Shown piece by piece: positions 1-13,443 of a stretch of 64,000 nt of DNA; the first letter of the stretch is position 1; every line of letters begins with the position of its first letter. Under the pieces are notes generated by a model that saw only the letters and a program-made list of their open reading frames with translations, was not told where the DNA came from and searched no databases. This DNA comes from Eledone cirrhosa (Eukaryota): contig CAXHJY010001663.1 of the NCBI GenBank assembly GCA_964016885.1, forward strand, positions 60,906 through 124,905. The letters are read 5' to 3'. The position numbers were made by a program, and so were the translations under genes.

Positions 1-11
1 ATGATGTCACC

Positions 12-221
12 ATGGCAGCGAATACCGCGATCAAAGGGCAGATTGGAATGTTCCAGTCATGCTATCGGCCAAAACCTGTTTCCAGTGAGAAGCCATCAGA
101 TGGCAGCATGCACTTCAGCATCATCCGACATCCGAAAGAGTTGCTTGATGTTATGAATATATTATGGCACTCTAGGAAACTTTGTGATGTTACGTTTAAA
201 GTTGGTGAAGAATCCTTCCAG
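12..221 (+). CDS. KEAP1: Keap1 coding exon 1 (N-terminus, start of BTB)
   Basis: ACCATGG start context; ...LCDVTFKVGEESFQ then CAG|GTTTGT donor at 222, phase 0, joining [13 protein letters not shown]. The frame is open back to the window edge, so an upstream start cannot be excluded. Confidence 0.85.
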
Positions 222-246
222 GTTTGTTGTAGTTTTCTGCTATTTT

Positions 247-492
247 TCATCATGATCATCATCATTGTCTCCATCACCATTATTATCATAATTATTATTG
301 TCATCATCATCATTATTATTGTCATCATCATCATCATCATCTTCACAACAATCATTATTGTCATCACCCTCATCATCACTATCACCACTCTTATCATCAC
401 CACTCTTGACCTCATCTTCATATTCATAACCACCCATGTCGTTATCACTCATCATCAACATCATTGTCATCATTATTGTCATCATCATCATG
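247..492. repeat. Imperfect (ATC)n trinucleotide microsatellite in intron 1
   Basis: CATCATCAT/ATTATT runs. Confidence 0.9.
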
Positions 493-1626
493 ATTGTATG
501 CCTGTTTTAGGGAGAGTGGGGATTCAACAATAGCATGGGATGGAGAAGATGATTTGCTATTTTTAGAAAACTTTGTGGTAGTTTTTAAGAAATTGAACAG
601 GCAAATTGGTGGTGTCAGATAGAATATCTTGTGATATTTGTTTTGGCACTCTGCACTGTGAGTTCAAATCCCACTCAAGTGAGCTTTGTCTTGCATCTTT
701 TTTTTGGGGGGAGGGGGTCAATAGAATATAGTACCAGCCCAAGGCAATGTGGAATTGTTAGAATGTTGGATGAGATGCCTTGTGGTATCTTTTCTGGCAC
801 TTTGTGTTTACATTCTACCTAAAGATTAAAATACCACTGATTGTCAAAGCTAATCACCCAATCACAGGATCACAATTGATTATGAAAGCTGAAATAGGTG
901 GTGTAGGATTGTGGCCATCTGCTAAATATTTAAGTACAGCACTAAATGTTCAATTCACTAATGTACTTATTTTAATGTGACATGAAAAAATATGTTGTTT
1001 GGTTAAGAGAATTTTCATCATTATCATCATTTAATGTCTAATTTCCCTGCTAGTAAGGGGTTGATGGATTGTCAACAGACCAGGTTGTTACTGAAGCTAC
1101 AGTACTGATCCCATGGATGTGCTGGGCACTTGCATCTAGCTTACATACACAACTTACTGCTCACAACTTGCTTAAATATGATCCCATGCACAGAATACAT
1201 TTTATTGTGGTACCAGCATTAGGGAGGTTGTCATGTCTTTGAGACAGCTGAAAAGTCCTCACAACCCTTTGTTTTTAGTGTTTTTCCCATGGCTGGGCAC
1301 CCTTCGTATCACCAACCATTTTATAGTGTACTGGATGCATTTATTTTCCTAATCACCAGAACTGTCATGTCTATTATGCAATTGTAAAGCCCTCCTAACC
1401 CATTTGTTTGGCAGCTTTTCCCTTCCTATCATCTACTACTTTACAGAGTGTACTGGGTGTGTTTGTGTAAATCACCAACACTACAGGTTATCATGTCTTT
1501 GACACAGCTGAGGAACACTCCCAGTCATTTCTTTGGCGGCAAGTTATTTATGTAAATATATATTTTTAATGGATACACTTTAAATATTTATTTAAAGATT
1601 TTTTTTTCTTTTCCATTTTCTTCTAG

Positions 1627-2666
1627 GCCCATAAAATAGTGCTAGCTGCAGCCAGTCCATATTTTCGTGCCATGTTTACTGGTGGAATGAAAGAGGAAGA
1701 TATGACCGAGATTCCTTTGCACTGCATATCACCATGCATACTTGGTATTCTTATAAATTTTGCCTACACATCTGAAATTCAAATCAATGAAATGAATGTT
1801 TGCCAGTTACTTCCAGCTGCTACCATGTTTCAAATCACACGCATTGTAGAAGCTTGCACTGTGTTCCTTGAGCAACAATTGGATCCTAGTAACTGCATTG
1901 GTATTGCAGACTTTGCCAGTGAACATGGCTGTATGGACCTGTACAGTAAAGCAGGAGAATATATCTACCAGAATTTCTGTAAAGTAAGCAAATGTGAAGA
2001 GTTTTTGATGCTCTCTCCTTGTCGACTGGTTAGCCTTATCAAACATGATGAGCTAAACGTTGCCTGTGAATCTGAAGTGTTCAATGCGGTTATCCGTTGG
2101 GTGGAGCATGACTCAGATAAACGCCTTAGTAAGCTGGAGAGTTTACTTGGAGCTGTTCGGTGCCACTTTCTTTCACCAAAGTTCTTGGAGAAACAACTTA
2201 AGATGTGCACATTACTGAAGAAAAATCCACAATGTCAGACTTATTTAACTCGCATTTTTGAAGAACTGAAACTCCACAAACAGATTCCTGAAGTTTGCCG
2301 CAAGCCTTGCAAACCGATGGTTATTTTTACTGCTGGGGGTTACCTCCGACAATCTCTTAGTAACTTTGAATTCTTTAACTTAGAGACATCTGAGTGGCGG
2401 CGATTACCTGACCTCCCTGTGCCACGTAGTGGGTTGAGTGCATGTGTTGTAAAGGGCATTCTCTATGTTGTTGGTGGACGGAACAACTCACCTGATGGCA
2501 ATATGGATTCTGCTTCCTTGGATATGTATGACCCTTACCGAAATATGTGGCGGCCTTGTGCACAGATGTCTGTACCAAGGAATCGAGTTGGTGTTGGAAC
2601 AATTGATAATATGATTTATGCCATTGGAGGCTCACATGGATCACAACATCATGAAATTGCTGAAAG
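1627..2666 (+). CDS. KEAP1: Keap1 coding exon 2 (BTB, BACK/IVR, Kelch 1-3)
   Basis: Pyrimidine tract + TTCTAG acceptor; Keap1-diagnostic motifs [52 protein letters not shown]; AG|GTAACT donor, phase 2. Confidence 0.97.
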
Positions 2667-2974
2667 GTAACTTTATATATTTCTTCATAATTGTTAATAA
2701 TCTTAGAATCCTACATCAGATTTTTATCTAAGAAATTATTTATATTTTCTGATGGTGGAGAATATTTGAGCCAGAGTATTTGAAATTCTTTCTTGCTTGT
2801 TGGTGAAAGAGAGAGAGTGTAATATAATGTAATAATGAAAATATTGTGTACAGTGCTCAGGTGCACTACAACTCATCAAAAGTGTATGTATAGTACATAG
2901 AGTAATGTACAAACGTCAGGAAAATGAACGGTGCATGAGTCATGATATACACATGTGCATGTGTATGGAAGGGG

Positions 2975-3330
2975 GACATCAGGTGTAGTTTTGGCGAATT
3001 TCGGGAAGCATGAGGGTTTTAAAGGATGCAGTGTCCCGGCAGCTAACAACTGATGCAAGCAGTTTGTTCCATGCTTCAGCAACTCTAAGCGTGAAAAAAT
3101 GTTTCCGAAAGTCATGGGAGCTGTGCTGTTTTCTGACTTTGTAGGCATGTCCACATGTGTTAGGCACATGGAGATCAAAAAGGTGTTCAGGGTTGTTGTT
3201 AGCGAGATGGTTAATAACTTTGTGGGTGTTTACCAAGTCCATTGCCAGACGTTGGAGCTTCAATGAATCCATGCCCAGGGAAGCAAGGCTTTCAGAGTAT
3301 GGTAGGTGTCTGATGGAGGGTATGCGCTTG
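2975..3330 (-). mobile_element. CR1/L2-group LINE 3' ORF2 fragment
   Basis: YSESLASLG...DLVNTHK...CGHAYK...RKHFFTLRVAEAWNKL, the typical CR1 ORF2 C-terminus. Confidence 0.75.
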
Positions 3331-3594
3331 TACAAATTATATACTGAGTTTGATACAATTAACCATGTCTTTCCCTAATCCCTTGTTCCTATTAAGAAAT
3401 CATTCTCTTTTTTTATGAACACTTTTGCAGTCATATTTCCAATTAGATACACTACTTGTGTGTTATAATTAATTTTGAGGATACAAATTTGGAAAGATTT
3501 AAAAAAAAAAAGTTTTACATTATGTTGGTGTTTGGAACAAAGATGTTCATACATAAATTTAATGATAGAAGGTTTTGATTTAGATATGAACACT

Positions 3595-3858
3595 TTAATC
3601 CTTTTGTTAACATATTTCGAATGAAATCACTGCCTAATAATTTCAAATAATTTCAAAAATAATAAAGAATTTGGAGGGATTTAGTAATGTACATACCTTC
3701 CACATTATTAATCTGGTGTTTGGAATATTACTTCAGAAAGGTTTGTACATAAAATTATGATGGAAGGATTTTAGATAAATACAGATATTTTAAGAAGAAA
3801 GTTTTGTATTGTAGTACTAGGGGCCTATTCTAGAGGTTTAGTATCAAAAGGGTTGAAT
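3595..3858. mobile_element. Degenerate MITE-like element with TTAA-CCCTTTTG-type termini (related copies at ~45880-46395)
   Basis: TTAATCCTTTTG...CAAAAGGGTTGAA imperfect inverted ends; internal similarity to 46187-46395. Confidence 0.4.
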
Positions 3859-4839
3859 TGAGAAATTTTATGTCATAGAATTAGGGCCAGTCTCAGGTGA
3901 GTTTGTTTCAAAAAAGTTAGTAGGTAAGTTATGTTGTCAACTAGGGTAGTAATTTAATAAAGCATCCATGAGTTTTTGCCTGCCAGATACAGATGGCTAG
4001 ATAAAGCAGTGTTCAGAGCACTGATATCTAATTCAGGCCATTATGCACAACGTATAGAAGAAGAGGTATCATCTAATTCCCCTCCCTTAGTCTCACACTA
4101 CTCACATACTTCACCCATCCCATAGAAACAACATTTAGGTCCCTATTGTCCAGCTTCCATTCCATTAACCCCATTTCCTCACCTCCCCAACTATCACCTC
4201 TTTTCACTAAGTCCTCTGCCATAGTCTCCTTCCATTCACATCCTTCATCCCCACCTCCTTGTTCAACCCAAGCCAGCATAGATGTGCTCCTCTTCCCTTG
4301 AATCTTCCTAATCACTTCATAGTGTGTACTGAGAGTATTTTATCATGACTCTAGTGCTCCCTCATTACAACATTAAGGTGCTCAGTGTGTCTTTGGTCTG
4401 GTTGGGAGTGGGAGTTTATAAATGAAAAGGGTACAGGCTGTATGCTACTTGCTGAGTGGAAGACCATGGAGAGAGGAAGTGCAGCATTATGAGGGATGGT
4501 GTCTGACATATGGGATGAACCTGTTTTTCTGAGTTGGATGGGAAGATTGAGTCTAGAATGTGAGTTTGAAGCAGGAGCATGGGTTCGTGAGAGGTGGTGG
4601 GGGGTGAATTAAAGGTTTTTCACAGGTTGAATGAGGAAAAGGAAGAATGAAAGGTGTGGGTGGGATTTAAGGTGGGGAAATTGGGGACATACTGGCTAGA
4701 TGGGATCTGAATGTTATTCTATTTCTCTGGTCCAGGTTTTTAGGTGGGTAGGGCAGAGGGTTGTCATTAGCATGCTGGCAAGTTGGAGCCATCCTCCATA
4801 TGCTCGTTTCATCCTTCTTGCATTGGAAGGTGACTCTTC

Positions 4840-5095
4840 ATAACAAATAAACATAATAAACAAGATGGGTCTGAGGGCAGAGTGCTGGTGGAACTCCACC
4901 TGCACATTAAATTTATACCATATTCATTAACCCAAACCTTACTGTCTGCACCTCTGTTCCTCCACTGCTGATTTTGTCACCCAGGTAACAGAAAGTGTCT
5001 ACTATTTCTGTAGAACCATCTGGGCAGTTGAAGGAGCTATTATCCAGTGGGCACTCGCTACTTACTGCACCTGAGCATCGGCCACATAAAATCTA
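4840..5095 (-). mobile_element. Old degenerate RTE LINE fragment
   Basis: Reverse strand resembles [11 protein letters not shown] and SFCYLGD regions of the RTE copies elsewhere in the window. Confidence 0.55.
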
Positions 5096-5378
5096 CATTC
5101 TTAGATAGTTTGCCTGTGATCCCACATCTTTTATGTACCCATAGTTTGCATTTGGGGCAATGATAAATGTAGTGCATTTATCATACCGAACACAATCAGG
5201 TCTAAGCTTAATGAGTAATGGCTTTGTGATAGAGGTTTGTGTTAGAAACCTTACTATAAAACTGCTGAGTTTTGATTGAACCAAATAATTATGGTGGTGA
5301 GTGGGGGGTTGGTGGAAGGGAAAGGGGTAACTTTTGGAGATGAAAGCATACTTTTCAAACATGAGAGAGATAGAAAAA

Positions 5379-5515
5379 TAATTGTTTCTACTTTTGGCAC
5401 AAGGCCATCAATTACCCAGTACATTACTGGTACTTTATTTTATCGACCCTGTAAGGATGAAAGGCAAAGTTAACCTCGGCGGGATTTGAACTCAGACCGT
5501 AAAGGGACGTAACTA
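5379..5515 (-). mobile_element. tRNA-derived SINE fragment with Meta-type core (second copy 45670-45865)
   Basis: Reverse strand: B-box-like GAGTTCAAATCCC followed by GAGGTTAACTTTGCCTTTCATCCTT...GGTCGATAAAATAAAGTACC. Confidence 0.6.
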
Positions 5516-5644
5516 TCTATATGAACAAAATGACCAAATGGACTAAGAACAAGGAGAGAGGGAGAAGAAAATATTGTAAATTATATATATATAATTTACG
5601 TACATACATGCACACACTCACTAATTCCTTTATCTACCTTTCAG

Positions 5645-5850
5645 ATATGATCCAGATATTGATCGCTGGATATTAATTTCTCCTATGGAGACTAAACGGA
5701 TTGGTGTGGGTGTCGGTGTTGTCAACCGGCTATTGTACGCTGTCGGTGGATTTGATGGTAGGAACCGACTATGTAGTGTTGAATGCTACCATCCTGAGAA
5801 AGATGAGTGGAAATTTGTGGCTTCCATGAATACAGTACGGAGTGGCGCTG
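5645..5850 (+). CDS. KEAP1: Keap1 coding exon 3 (Kelch 3-4)
   Basis: TTTCAG acceptor; (R)YDPDIDRW...[25 protein letters not shown]...RSGAG; G|GTAAGT donor, phase 1. Confidence 0.96.
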
Positions 5851-6346
5851 GTAAGTATCCAAAAGACATATCTTTTACTGGTGTCAGTCATTAGACTGGC
5901 CATGCTGGGGCACTGACTTCAAGTCAATAAAAACAAATTAAGTATGATAGTGGCAGTAAGCTCGCAACCACCTTCATACAGGTTAAAAAAATTTTTTTTT
6001 TGTTGTCTAGGGGTTTTAAACCTAAAATATATGGTAAAAGTGCAAACTGTCATTTTGTTTTGTTTCACGTATGGTTTCACTCCTTTATTTCTAAATTGCA
6101 TTGTACTAGGACTTCTAACACAATTTTAACTATACATACACATACATAACTATATACATAGAGAGAGAGAGACACACACACGCACATACATACACACATA
6201 TTCATATACAACAGGAAGGGCACCTTGCTTTAAAAATCATGCCTAAAATGGTTGCGAGGACTCTTTCTTTGTGTCAAAGAAACAACAACCTATCTAGTGC
6301 TGGTGATCTATACAGTAAATGCACTCAGTACATGGTGTAAGGTGGT

Positions 6347-6387
<41 letters not shown>

Positions 6388-6672
6388 TATATACAACAAA
6401 AAAAGCATGCAGTTCACACTGTAAAGGTGTCACGGTTAAAAGCACACAGTACTCACTGTAAATGTGGTTTGTGTTAGGAAGGGCATCCAGCTATAGAAAT
6501 CAAGCCAGTTCTTTATGAGCAACATATGGTCACCTGATCTGGCATTGCCCACAACAGGACAACCCATCTAACCCATACTAGCATGGAAGAAAGGATGTAA
6601 AATGGTGATGATGATGATGTTAAGCAGAGAAAAGCCGGACGTAAAATAAAAACAATATGTGTGTGTATATAT

Positions 6673-7507
6673 ATCATCATCATCATCATCATTTTACGTC
6701 CGCTCTTCCCTGCTTGCAAGGGTGGGACGGGTCTTATTCAGCACAGCATCTCTCCACTTGCGACGGTCCTTCATCATCTCCACCGTGAGCTTCAATGATC
6801 TGAGGTCTGTTCTCACCACCTCCGCCCATGTTTTTCGTGGTCTACCTCTATCACGTCTTCCTTCAACTGGCATTTCCTGGCACTTCTTCATCCATCGGTC
6901 ATCCTCCATGCGCATCACATGTCCATACCACCTCAGTCTCCTCTCCCGTACACTACATTCTATCCCTCTTAGACACAGTTTCTCTCTCAACACATTTATG
7001 CTGGGTCGTTCACGCACATTTACACTACACATCCAACGGAGCATGCTTGCCTCATTTCTCTCCAGCCAGCGCATATCCTCTGCGGTTGCTGCCCATGTCT
7101 CACTACCATGCAGCATCGCGCTCCTCACACAGGCATCATATAACTGGCCTTTTGTACGCAGGGAGAAACCCTTCTTCGTCAGCAGAGGAAGCAGCTCCCT
7201 AAACTTCTTCCAACCCGTTCTTATTCTAGATACTATGGCCTCGGACCCCCCCCTCCCATCCTAATCTGATCTCCTAGGTACGGAAGCTATCACCACTTAT
7301 ATAGCACCCTCCTGCATTTGAAAAATGTGTCTATCAGTGCGACTTCTAATGTCTAATTTCCCTGTACATCTACTACATACATATTTCTCCCTAGCTGTTA
7401 GTTTGCCTGCTATCCTGCTACATCTCTTGTGTACCCAGGATCTGCATTGTGTGCATTTTATAGAATTTATGCTAGTTCCTTTTCTGCATATCGAACATGG
7501 CCATTTC
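6673..7507 (-). mobile_element. RTE LINE family B, 5'-truncated, (GAT)n tail
   Basis: PHD-like CSICRKG...WVHKRC, then [26 protein letters not shown]; ends GGACGTAAAATGATGAT. Confidence 0.9.
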
Positions 7508-7886
7508 ATATGTGTATATGTGTATATATGTATATGTGTACATATGTGTGTATATATGTATGTGTACATATGTGTGTATATATGTATATGTGTACATATG
7601 TGTGCGTATATGTATATATATGTGTGTGTTTGTGTATATATGTGTATGTGTATATATATGTACGTATATGTATGTGTATATATATGTATATGTATATGTA
7701 TGTGTATATGTATGTGTATATATGTGTATATGTATGTGTATATGTATGTGTATATATATGTGTATATATATGTGTATATGTATGTGTATATGTATGTGTA
7801 TATATGTGTATATATATGTGTATATGTATGTGTATATGTATGTGTATATATATATGTGTATATATGTGTGTATATATATATATATA

Positions 7887-7933
<47 letters not shown>

Positions 7934-8036
7934 ATATATATATATATGTATGTGTGTGTGTATATATATATATATGTATGTGTGTGTGTATATATATATA
8001 TATGTATGTGTGTGTATATATATGTGTGTGTGTGTC
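7508..8036. repeat. (TA)/(TG) compound microsatellite
   Basis: Direct reading. Confidence 0.95.
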
Positions 8037-8089
8037 ACATTAAATGATGATAATGATGCTGATGATATTGTTGTCTACTACTTGTTTAG

Positions 8090-8266
8090 GTGTAATTGGT
8101 ATGGAACACTACATTTATGCTGTGGGAGGCTATGACAGCCACTCCCAGCTACGTTCTGTGGAAAGATATTGCACAGAGACCAATGTTTGGGAATATGTTG
8201 CATCAATGAACAGTCCCAGAAGCGCCCTTAGCGTTGCTGTTATTGGTGGAAGACTCTTTGCACTTG
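8090..8266 (+). CDS. KEAP1: Keap1 coding exon 4 (Kelch 5-6)
   Basis: TTTAG acceptor; VIGMEHYIYAVGGYDSHSQLRSVERY...RSALSV...LFALG; G|GTAAGT donor, phase 1. Confidence 0.96.
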
Positions 8267-8639
8267 GTAAGTACTTAATACCCTTCGCCCACCTTCTGAC
8301 ATTTACTGTTAATTTATTGTGTGTATAGAATAGATACACCATTTCCCTGTGTGTTTTAGGATGCAACTACAAGGGTTGACACGAAGAAGGGCCTTTGGCT
8401 TCATAACATTACCTCAAAAAGGACCTCAAGTTGAGTATTATGACTCTGATTGGGCCCATAATGCTAATCCTTACTTTAGCTTGGTAAAATGGTCTTAAAA
8501 TGCTGGTTATTATTATATGTATATCATATACTATGATTAATATGTTGTTTACTTCAGAAATTCATGTATAAGACATACAGATGCATCTAATGGACTAAGT
8601 TAAGAAAGTTACAGAGATAGTAATAACACAACTGATTAA

Positions 8640-8965
8640 GAACAGAATTAGCCAAGACAAGATGCACTTTGGCTTTGTGTTTCAAATAGATAGTATCAAT
8701 GCTATTTTCCTGGTGAGACACTTGTATAAGTATTTAGCTAGTAATAAACCCTTATACTTAACATTTGTCCACCTGAAGAAGGCTTTTATCAGGGTTCCAC
8801 ACTCTGCAATCTAGTGGTCATTAAGGAAGCTTGGGTTAAATAAATGGTCTGTGAGAGTTGTAAAAACCATGTACAGAGGAACTTTGTTTGAAGTTAAGGC
8901 TCTGTTCTCAGCCCCTTTCTGTTTTAGTTCTCCAGGTTTTAACAGAAGAGTTGAAGACTAGATCT
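8640..8965 (+). mobile_element. Old degenerate RTE RT fragment
   Basis: Decayed MHFGF / KPLYLTFVHLKKAF / LRKLG motifs homologous to the RTE RT. Confidence 0.6.
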
Positions 8966-9294
8966 TTGGATTGTTTTTTTAAATTTGATAATAATGGTTT
9001 CCAGCCATAGAAAACCTGTAAAGTGGTGTGTTGGTGTCTCAACAAAAAGCACCCAGTCCACACTGTAAAGTGGTAAAGTGGTCATTTGCATGTCTCAATA
9101 AAAAGCGCCCAGTCAACACTGTAAATGTGGTTGGCATTAGGAAGGGCATCCAGCTGTAGAAACCAAGCCAGAAATGGTTCCGTACGAGCAAGACAGTCAT
9201 CTGATATGTGATGTCTCACAATGGGACAAGTTGTCTAAACCATGCTAGCAAAGAAAATGGGTATTAACTGTTGATGATAAATATATATATATAT

Positions 9295-11680
9295 TTTTAG
9301 TATATGTTGGTTGTTTACCGACACTTCAGTATGCAGATTGGAGCACTCAACGAAGTACGCAGGTTGGTTTGTTTACTCCGGAGTAATGTAAAATAAGTAA
9401 GTCAAATATGTAAAATTTGGCTTCGTTTATTATAAATTATAAATTTACTGCTATATATATTTCGGTGACAGCTATTATTGGCTGTGACCTCTTCAGGCAA
9501 TCCGATTTGGTGTGGAAAAGACAGGTACACATGTTGTTGAAGTGTATTTCACTCTGTCAATACATCGATATGTTCAGCTCCTGGGTGGTTGTTATTCCTC
9601 TGAGGAACTGGAATCATATGAGCTAGAATAAACGAATTTCAGCGTCATAGGACACGCTCATATCCCATTGGTCAGTTGTGAGACCACTCCTCATTCAAAA
9701 GTCTATAGAAATTCTTGAGGCAGGTCAGCCTGTTATAATTGTTTTTGTCAGAATGTTTAAGTACAGCTGACCTCCTTCACTGTGTTTGTAGTGGTAGTGG
9801 TGTTAAGAGGTCAGCTAGCAGGTCAACTTTAGTATGCTGCTGCTATAGTCTAAAGAATTTATGTGTGTAGACAGGCATTTATCCTGCCACCATTTCACAT
9901 GGTGGAGGATGCCAAACAGATAAAGAATGCATGTGTGTTGCAACCAATATCAAACATTTTGAAAAATATAAACTGATATAGAAACCTGTGTGTCAGAATC
10001 AAGAAGTGTAAAGAATTACAATTCTTATTCTAGCATATAGTATGGAGTATGTACGTGTGATTGTCTGTCAGTGCGCACATTTGTGCGTGCACACGTATAA
10101 ACACAGGCTTGGTGCATTCACCTATTTTCATCCACACAGTCTAACAGAAGATGGGTGCGTTTTAAAAACAAATTAGGTAAAAGTGGAGTGAAAAATACCA
10201 AAAAACCTGTGTGTCAAAATCCACAAGTGTAAAGGACTACAATGCTTATTTCAGTATAAAGTACATATGCGTGTATGTTTGTCAATGCACACCATTGCCA
10301 ACACACACACAAACACAGGCTCAGATGCATTCCCATACGTCTACACAGTAACACACACGCATACACATAATTCCATATACGCCCACATGTGGATACACCC
10401 ACACGGACACGGTCAAAGTCACCTCTGGAGGTGGGGTGAAGGGTAAGTGGTAGTAATAGGCACGTCCTATTTACTTGTGGTATTTATCCCTGACTCATGC
10501 ATGCAAAGGGGGTCGTGTTCGAGGCAGGATATCCTCCGAGTATTCGGGTCACAAGCCGGGGTTGGGCATTGGGGCTCGCTGGTTGGAAACTTGGAGTGCC
10601 TGTTTGCACAGAGGATAGGATTCCACCGACGTACTTCGTCTATTTATATCATCTAGTGTCAGCTAACTTGAGTTTTGGTTAAGGAAGTGAGAGAAAGGGT
10701 TTGACCACAGCGGTGTGAGGCATGGTTTTAGCTGCTAGGTAGGTGTGTTGCTCTAGGAGTCGATCGAGGCGGGAGTAGAGTTGGGGAGTGTAGGGGGTGG
10801 TTTACCTTGGGCTCGGTGTGACGGGGCTGCTGTCCCTATAGCTTGAAGGAAGTTCCCATCCCAATGGGTTGTTATCCATATAGCTTGAGGAAGGTTCCGG
10901 CCCTGAGGTGTCTACATGTACCAAAGAAGTTGGTCCTGAGGTTGATTAGGCTGCTCCCACCATTGAGTATCTCGAGGGTCTCACTCAGACATAGGTTGCA
11001 GATGGCACTAACTGATTTTGGACCAGGCCAGAGAGTACGGGGTCCTGTCCAGCTTGAGCTTCCAGATCAGTTCGGAAAGAACCATACTTTTCCTTTCACC
11101 CTCCCTATTTAAGGAATGGCGATGGTTATAGCATCTGTCTTTGATGCTGGTTGATGTGGCTCCTATGTAAATGTGCTCAGAGTTGGGGTTTTTTACTCTA
11201 CAACGTATACTAAGTTCTTCATGAAGAATTCATTACTAAGGGCGTATAATGTAGAGTTCTGCAGTTGCAGGAGGTGGTCGACCCCTGAGTGGGGTTCCCT
11301 TTGCGGAGTATAGGGTGGTCTGGGTCTGTTTGGGTTCCCAGGTTGGGTACCGAGTCCACCATTCCTTCCCTCCACATGGGTCTGCTGCATGCTTATATTG
11401 CCAGCTGCTGGTTGTGTGTAGTTTCTAAGTCTACTCCTATTGATGCTAGCTATGTGCTGGGCTACGTTGCGCGTTGTAGAATATGAGAGCTTCACAGTGA
11501 TTCTGAGTATTGACAGAGTGAAACACACTTCAACAACATGTGCACCTGGCTTTTCCACACCAATTCGGACTGCCTAAAGAGGTCACAGCCAATAATAGCC
11601 GTCACCAAAATATATATAGCAGTAAATTTATAATTTACAATAAACGAAGCCAAATTTTACATATTTGACTTATTTTATTT
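9295..11680 (-). mobile_element. Penelope-like element remnant: GIY-YIG endonuclease 3' part, 3' pLTR and inverted 5' pLTR
   Basis: Reverse strand ~11230-10900 reads NLVY...IYIGATSTSIKDRCYNH...LSELIWKLK...CNLCLSE...CRH with a frameshift; 9395-9570 is repeated inverted at 11505-11675. Confidence 0.8.
9447..9501 (-). ncRNA. Type I minimal hammerhead ribozyme in PLE pLTR
   Basis: attgc-CTGAAGA-ggtcacagc(caataata)gctgtcacc-GAAA-tatata-TA-gcagt; complete core and stems I/II, palindromic stem III. Confidence 0.85.
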
Positions 11681-11815
11681 TTTATATATATATATACGAT
11701 ATTAACAAATGGAAACTATATTTATAAAACCATATCTATTTTATTATACATATTTCAAGGATACCATGTTAAATTATGGTATGCTTTCATCAGACAAAAT
11801 ATATGGTATATATTG

Positions 11816-11880
11816 TATTTTGTCTGATGAAAGCATACCATAATTTAACATGGTATCCTTGAAATATGTATAATAAAATA
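11816..11880 (+). ncRNA. Type I minimal hammerhead ribozyme (mirror copy on - strand at 11737-11801)
   Basis: tattttgt-CTGATGA-aagcataccat...atggtatcctt-GAAA-tatgta-TA-ataaaata. Confidence 0.8.
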
Positions 11881-12007
11881 GATATGGTTTTATAAATATA
11901 GTTTCCATTTGTTAATATGGTATATTTACTCCAAATACTTGTCGAGTGCTTTATATCAGTTATAAAAATATTTGCTTGTTGTATCCCAACAATTTAAATA
12001 GAACTTT

Positions 12008-12038
<31 letters not shown>

Positions 12039-12042
<4 letters not shown>

Positions 12043-13443
12043 TCATTATCATCATTTTACGTCCGCTCTTCCCTGCTTGCAAGGGTGGGACGAGTCTTAT
12101 TCAGCACAGCATCCCTCTACTCGTCACGGTACTTCGTCATCTCCACCGTGAGCTTCAATGATCTGAGGTCTGTTCTCACCACCTCCGCCCATGTTTTTCG
12201 TGGTCTACCTCTACCACGTCGTCCTTCAACTGGCATTTCATGGCACTTCTTCACCCATCGGTCATCCTCCATGCGCATCACATGTTCATACCACCTCAGT
12301 CTCCTATCCCGTACACTAAATTTTATCCCTCTCAGACACAGTTTCTCTCTCAACACATTCATGCTGGGTCGTTCACGCACATTTACACTGCACATCCAAT
12401 GGAGCATGCTTGCCTCATTTCTCTCCAGCTGTCGCATATCCTCTGCAGGTGCTGCCCATGTCTCACTACCATGCAGCAGCACGCTCCTCACACAGGCATC
12501 ATATAACCAGCCTTTCGTACGCAGGGAGAAACCCTTCTTCGTCAGCAGAGGAAGCAGCTCCCTAAACTTCTTCCAACCCATTCTTATTCTAGATACTATG
12601 GCCTCGGACCCCCCCCCCCCCCTCCCATGCTAATCTGATCTCCTAGGTACCGGAAGCTATCCACCACTTATATAGCACCCTCCTGCATTTGAAAAATGTG
12701 TCTATCAATGCGACTTCTACTGTCTAATTTCCCTGTACATCTACTACATACATATTTCTCCCTACCTGTTAGTTTGCCTGCTATCCTGCTACATCTCTTG
12801 TGTACCCAGGATCTGCATTGTGAGCATTTTATAGAATTTATGCCAGTTCCTTTTCTGCATATCGAACATGGCAATTTCCCTGACGGAATAAGAGTTTTGT
12901 CCTATTTTCTACTCAACACTTTTGTCTTAGCTAGGTTCACTCTCAGTCCTCTTGCTTCCAACTGCTGTTTCCATAGCCAGAATTTATTCTCTAGCTGCTC
13001 TACTGATTCTGCTATAAGAACCAGATCGTCAGCATAGAGAAGTTCCCATGGACAGCCAGTCTTAATCTCCTCTGTTATGGCTTGGAGGACTATAATGAAC
13101 AAGAGCGGGCTGAGGACCGAACCTTGATGTACACCTAATTGTATCTGGAATTCCTCACTAAACTCCATTCGTACCCTGACTTTACTGAGAGTACCTCTGC
13201 AAAGTTTGCAGTCCTCACAAGCCATACCTCAACACCTAGTTTCCTTAGGGACCACCAGATGACAGATTGGGGTACCCTATCAAAGGCCTTCTCTAGGTCA
13301 ACAGAGGCTAAGTATAGTGGCTTATTTTTCTCTAAGAACCTCTCTTGCAATTGTCTCACCAAGGAGAGGGCATCTGTTGTACTCTTCCCAGGCACAAAAC
13401 CAAACTGCATCTCATCTAGTTTGACCCTTTCTCTAATTAGTTG
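12039..13443 (-). mobile_element. RTE LINE family B, 5'-truncated with frameshifts
   Basis: [42 protein letters not shown] finger, 3' tail. Confidence 0.92.

Noticed and set aside
222-533. Poly-Ile/His extension of ORF 12..533
   Set aside because: Read-through into the intron 1 (ATC)n repeat past a good donor site
1500-1509. TGACACAGC matching the ARE core TGACnnnGC in Keap1 intron 1
   Set aside because: A short motif expected by chance, lying in a degenerate repeat; no conservation evidence
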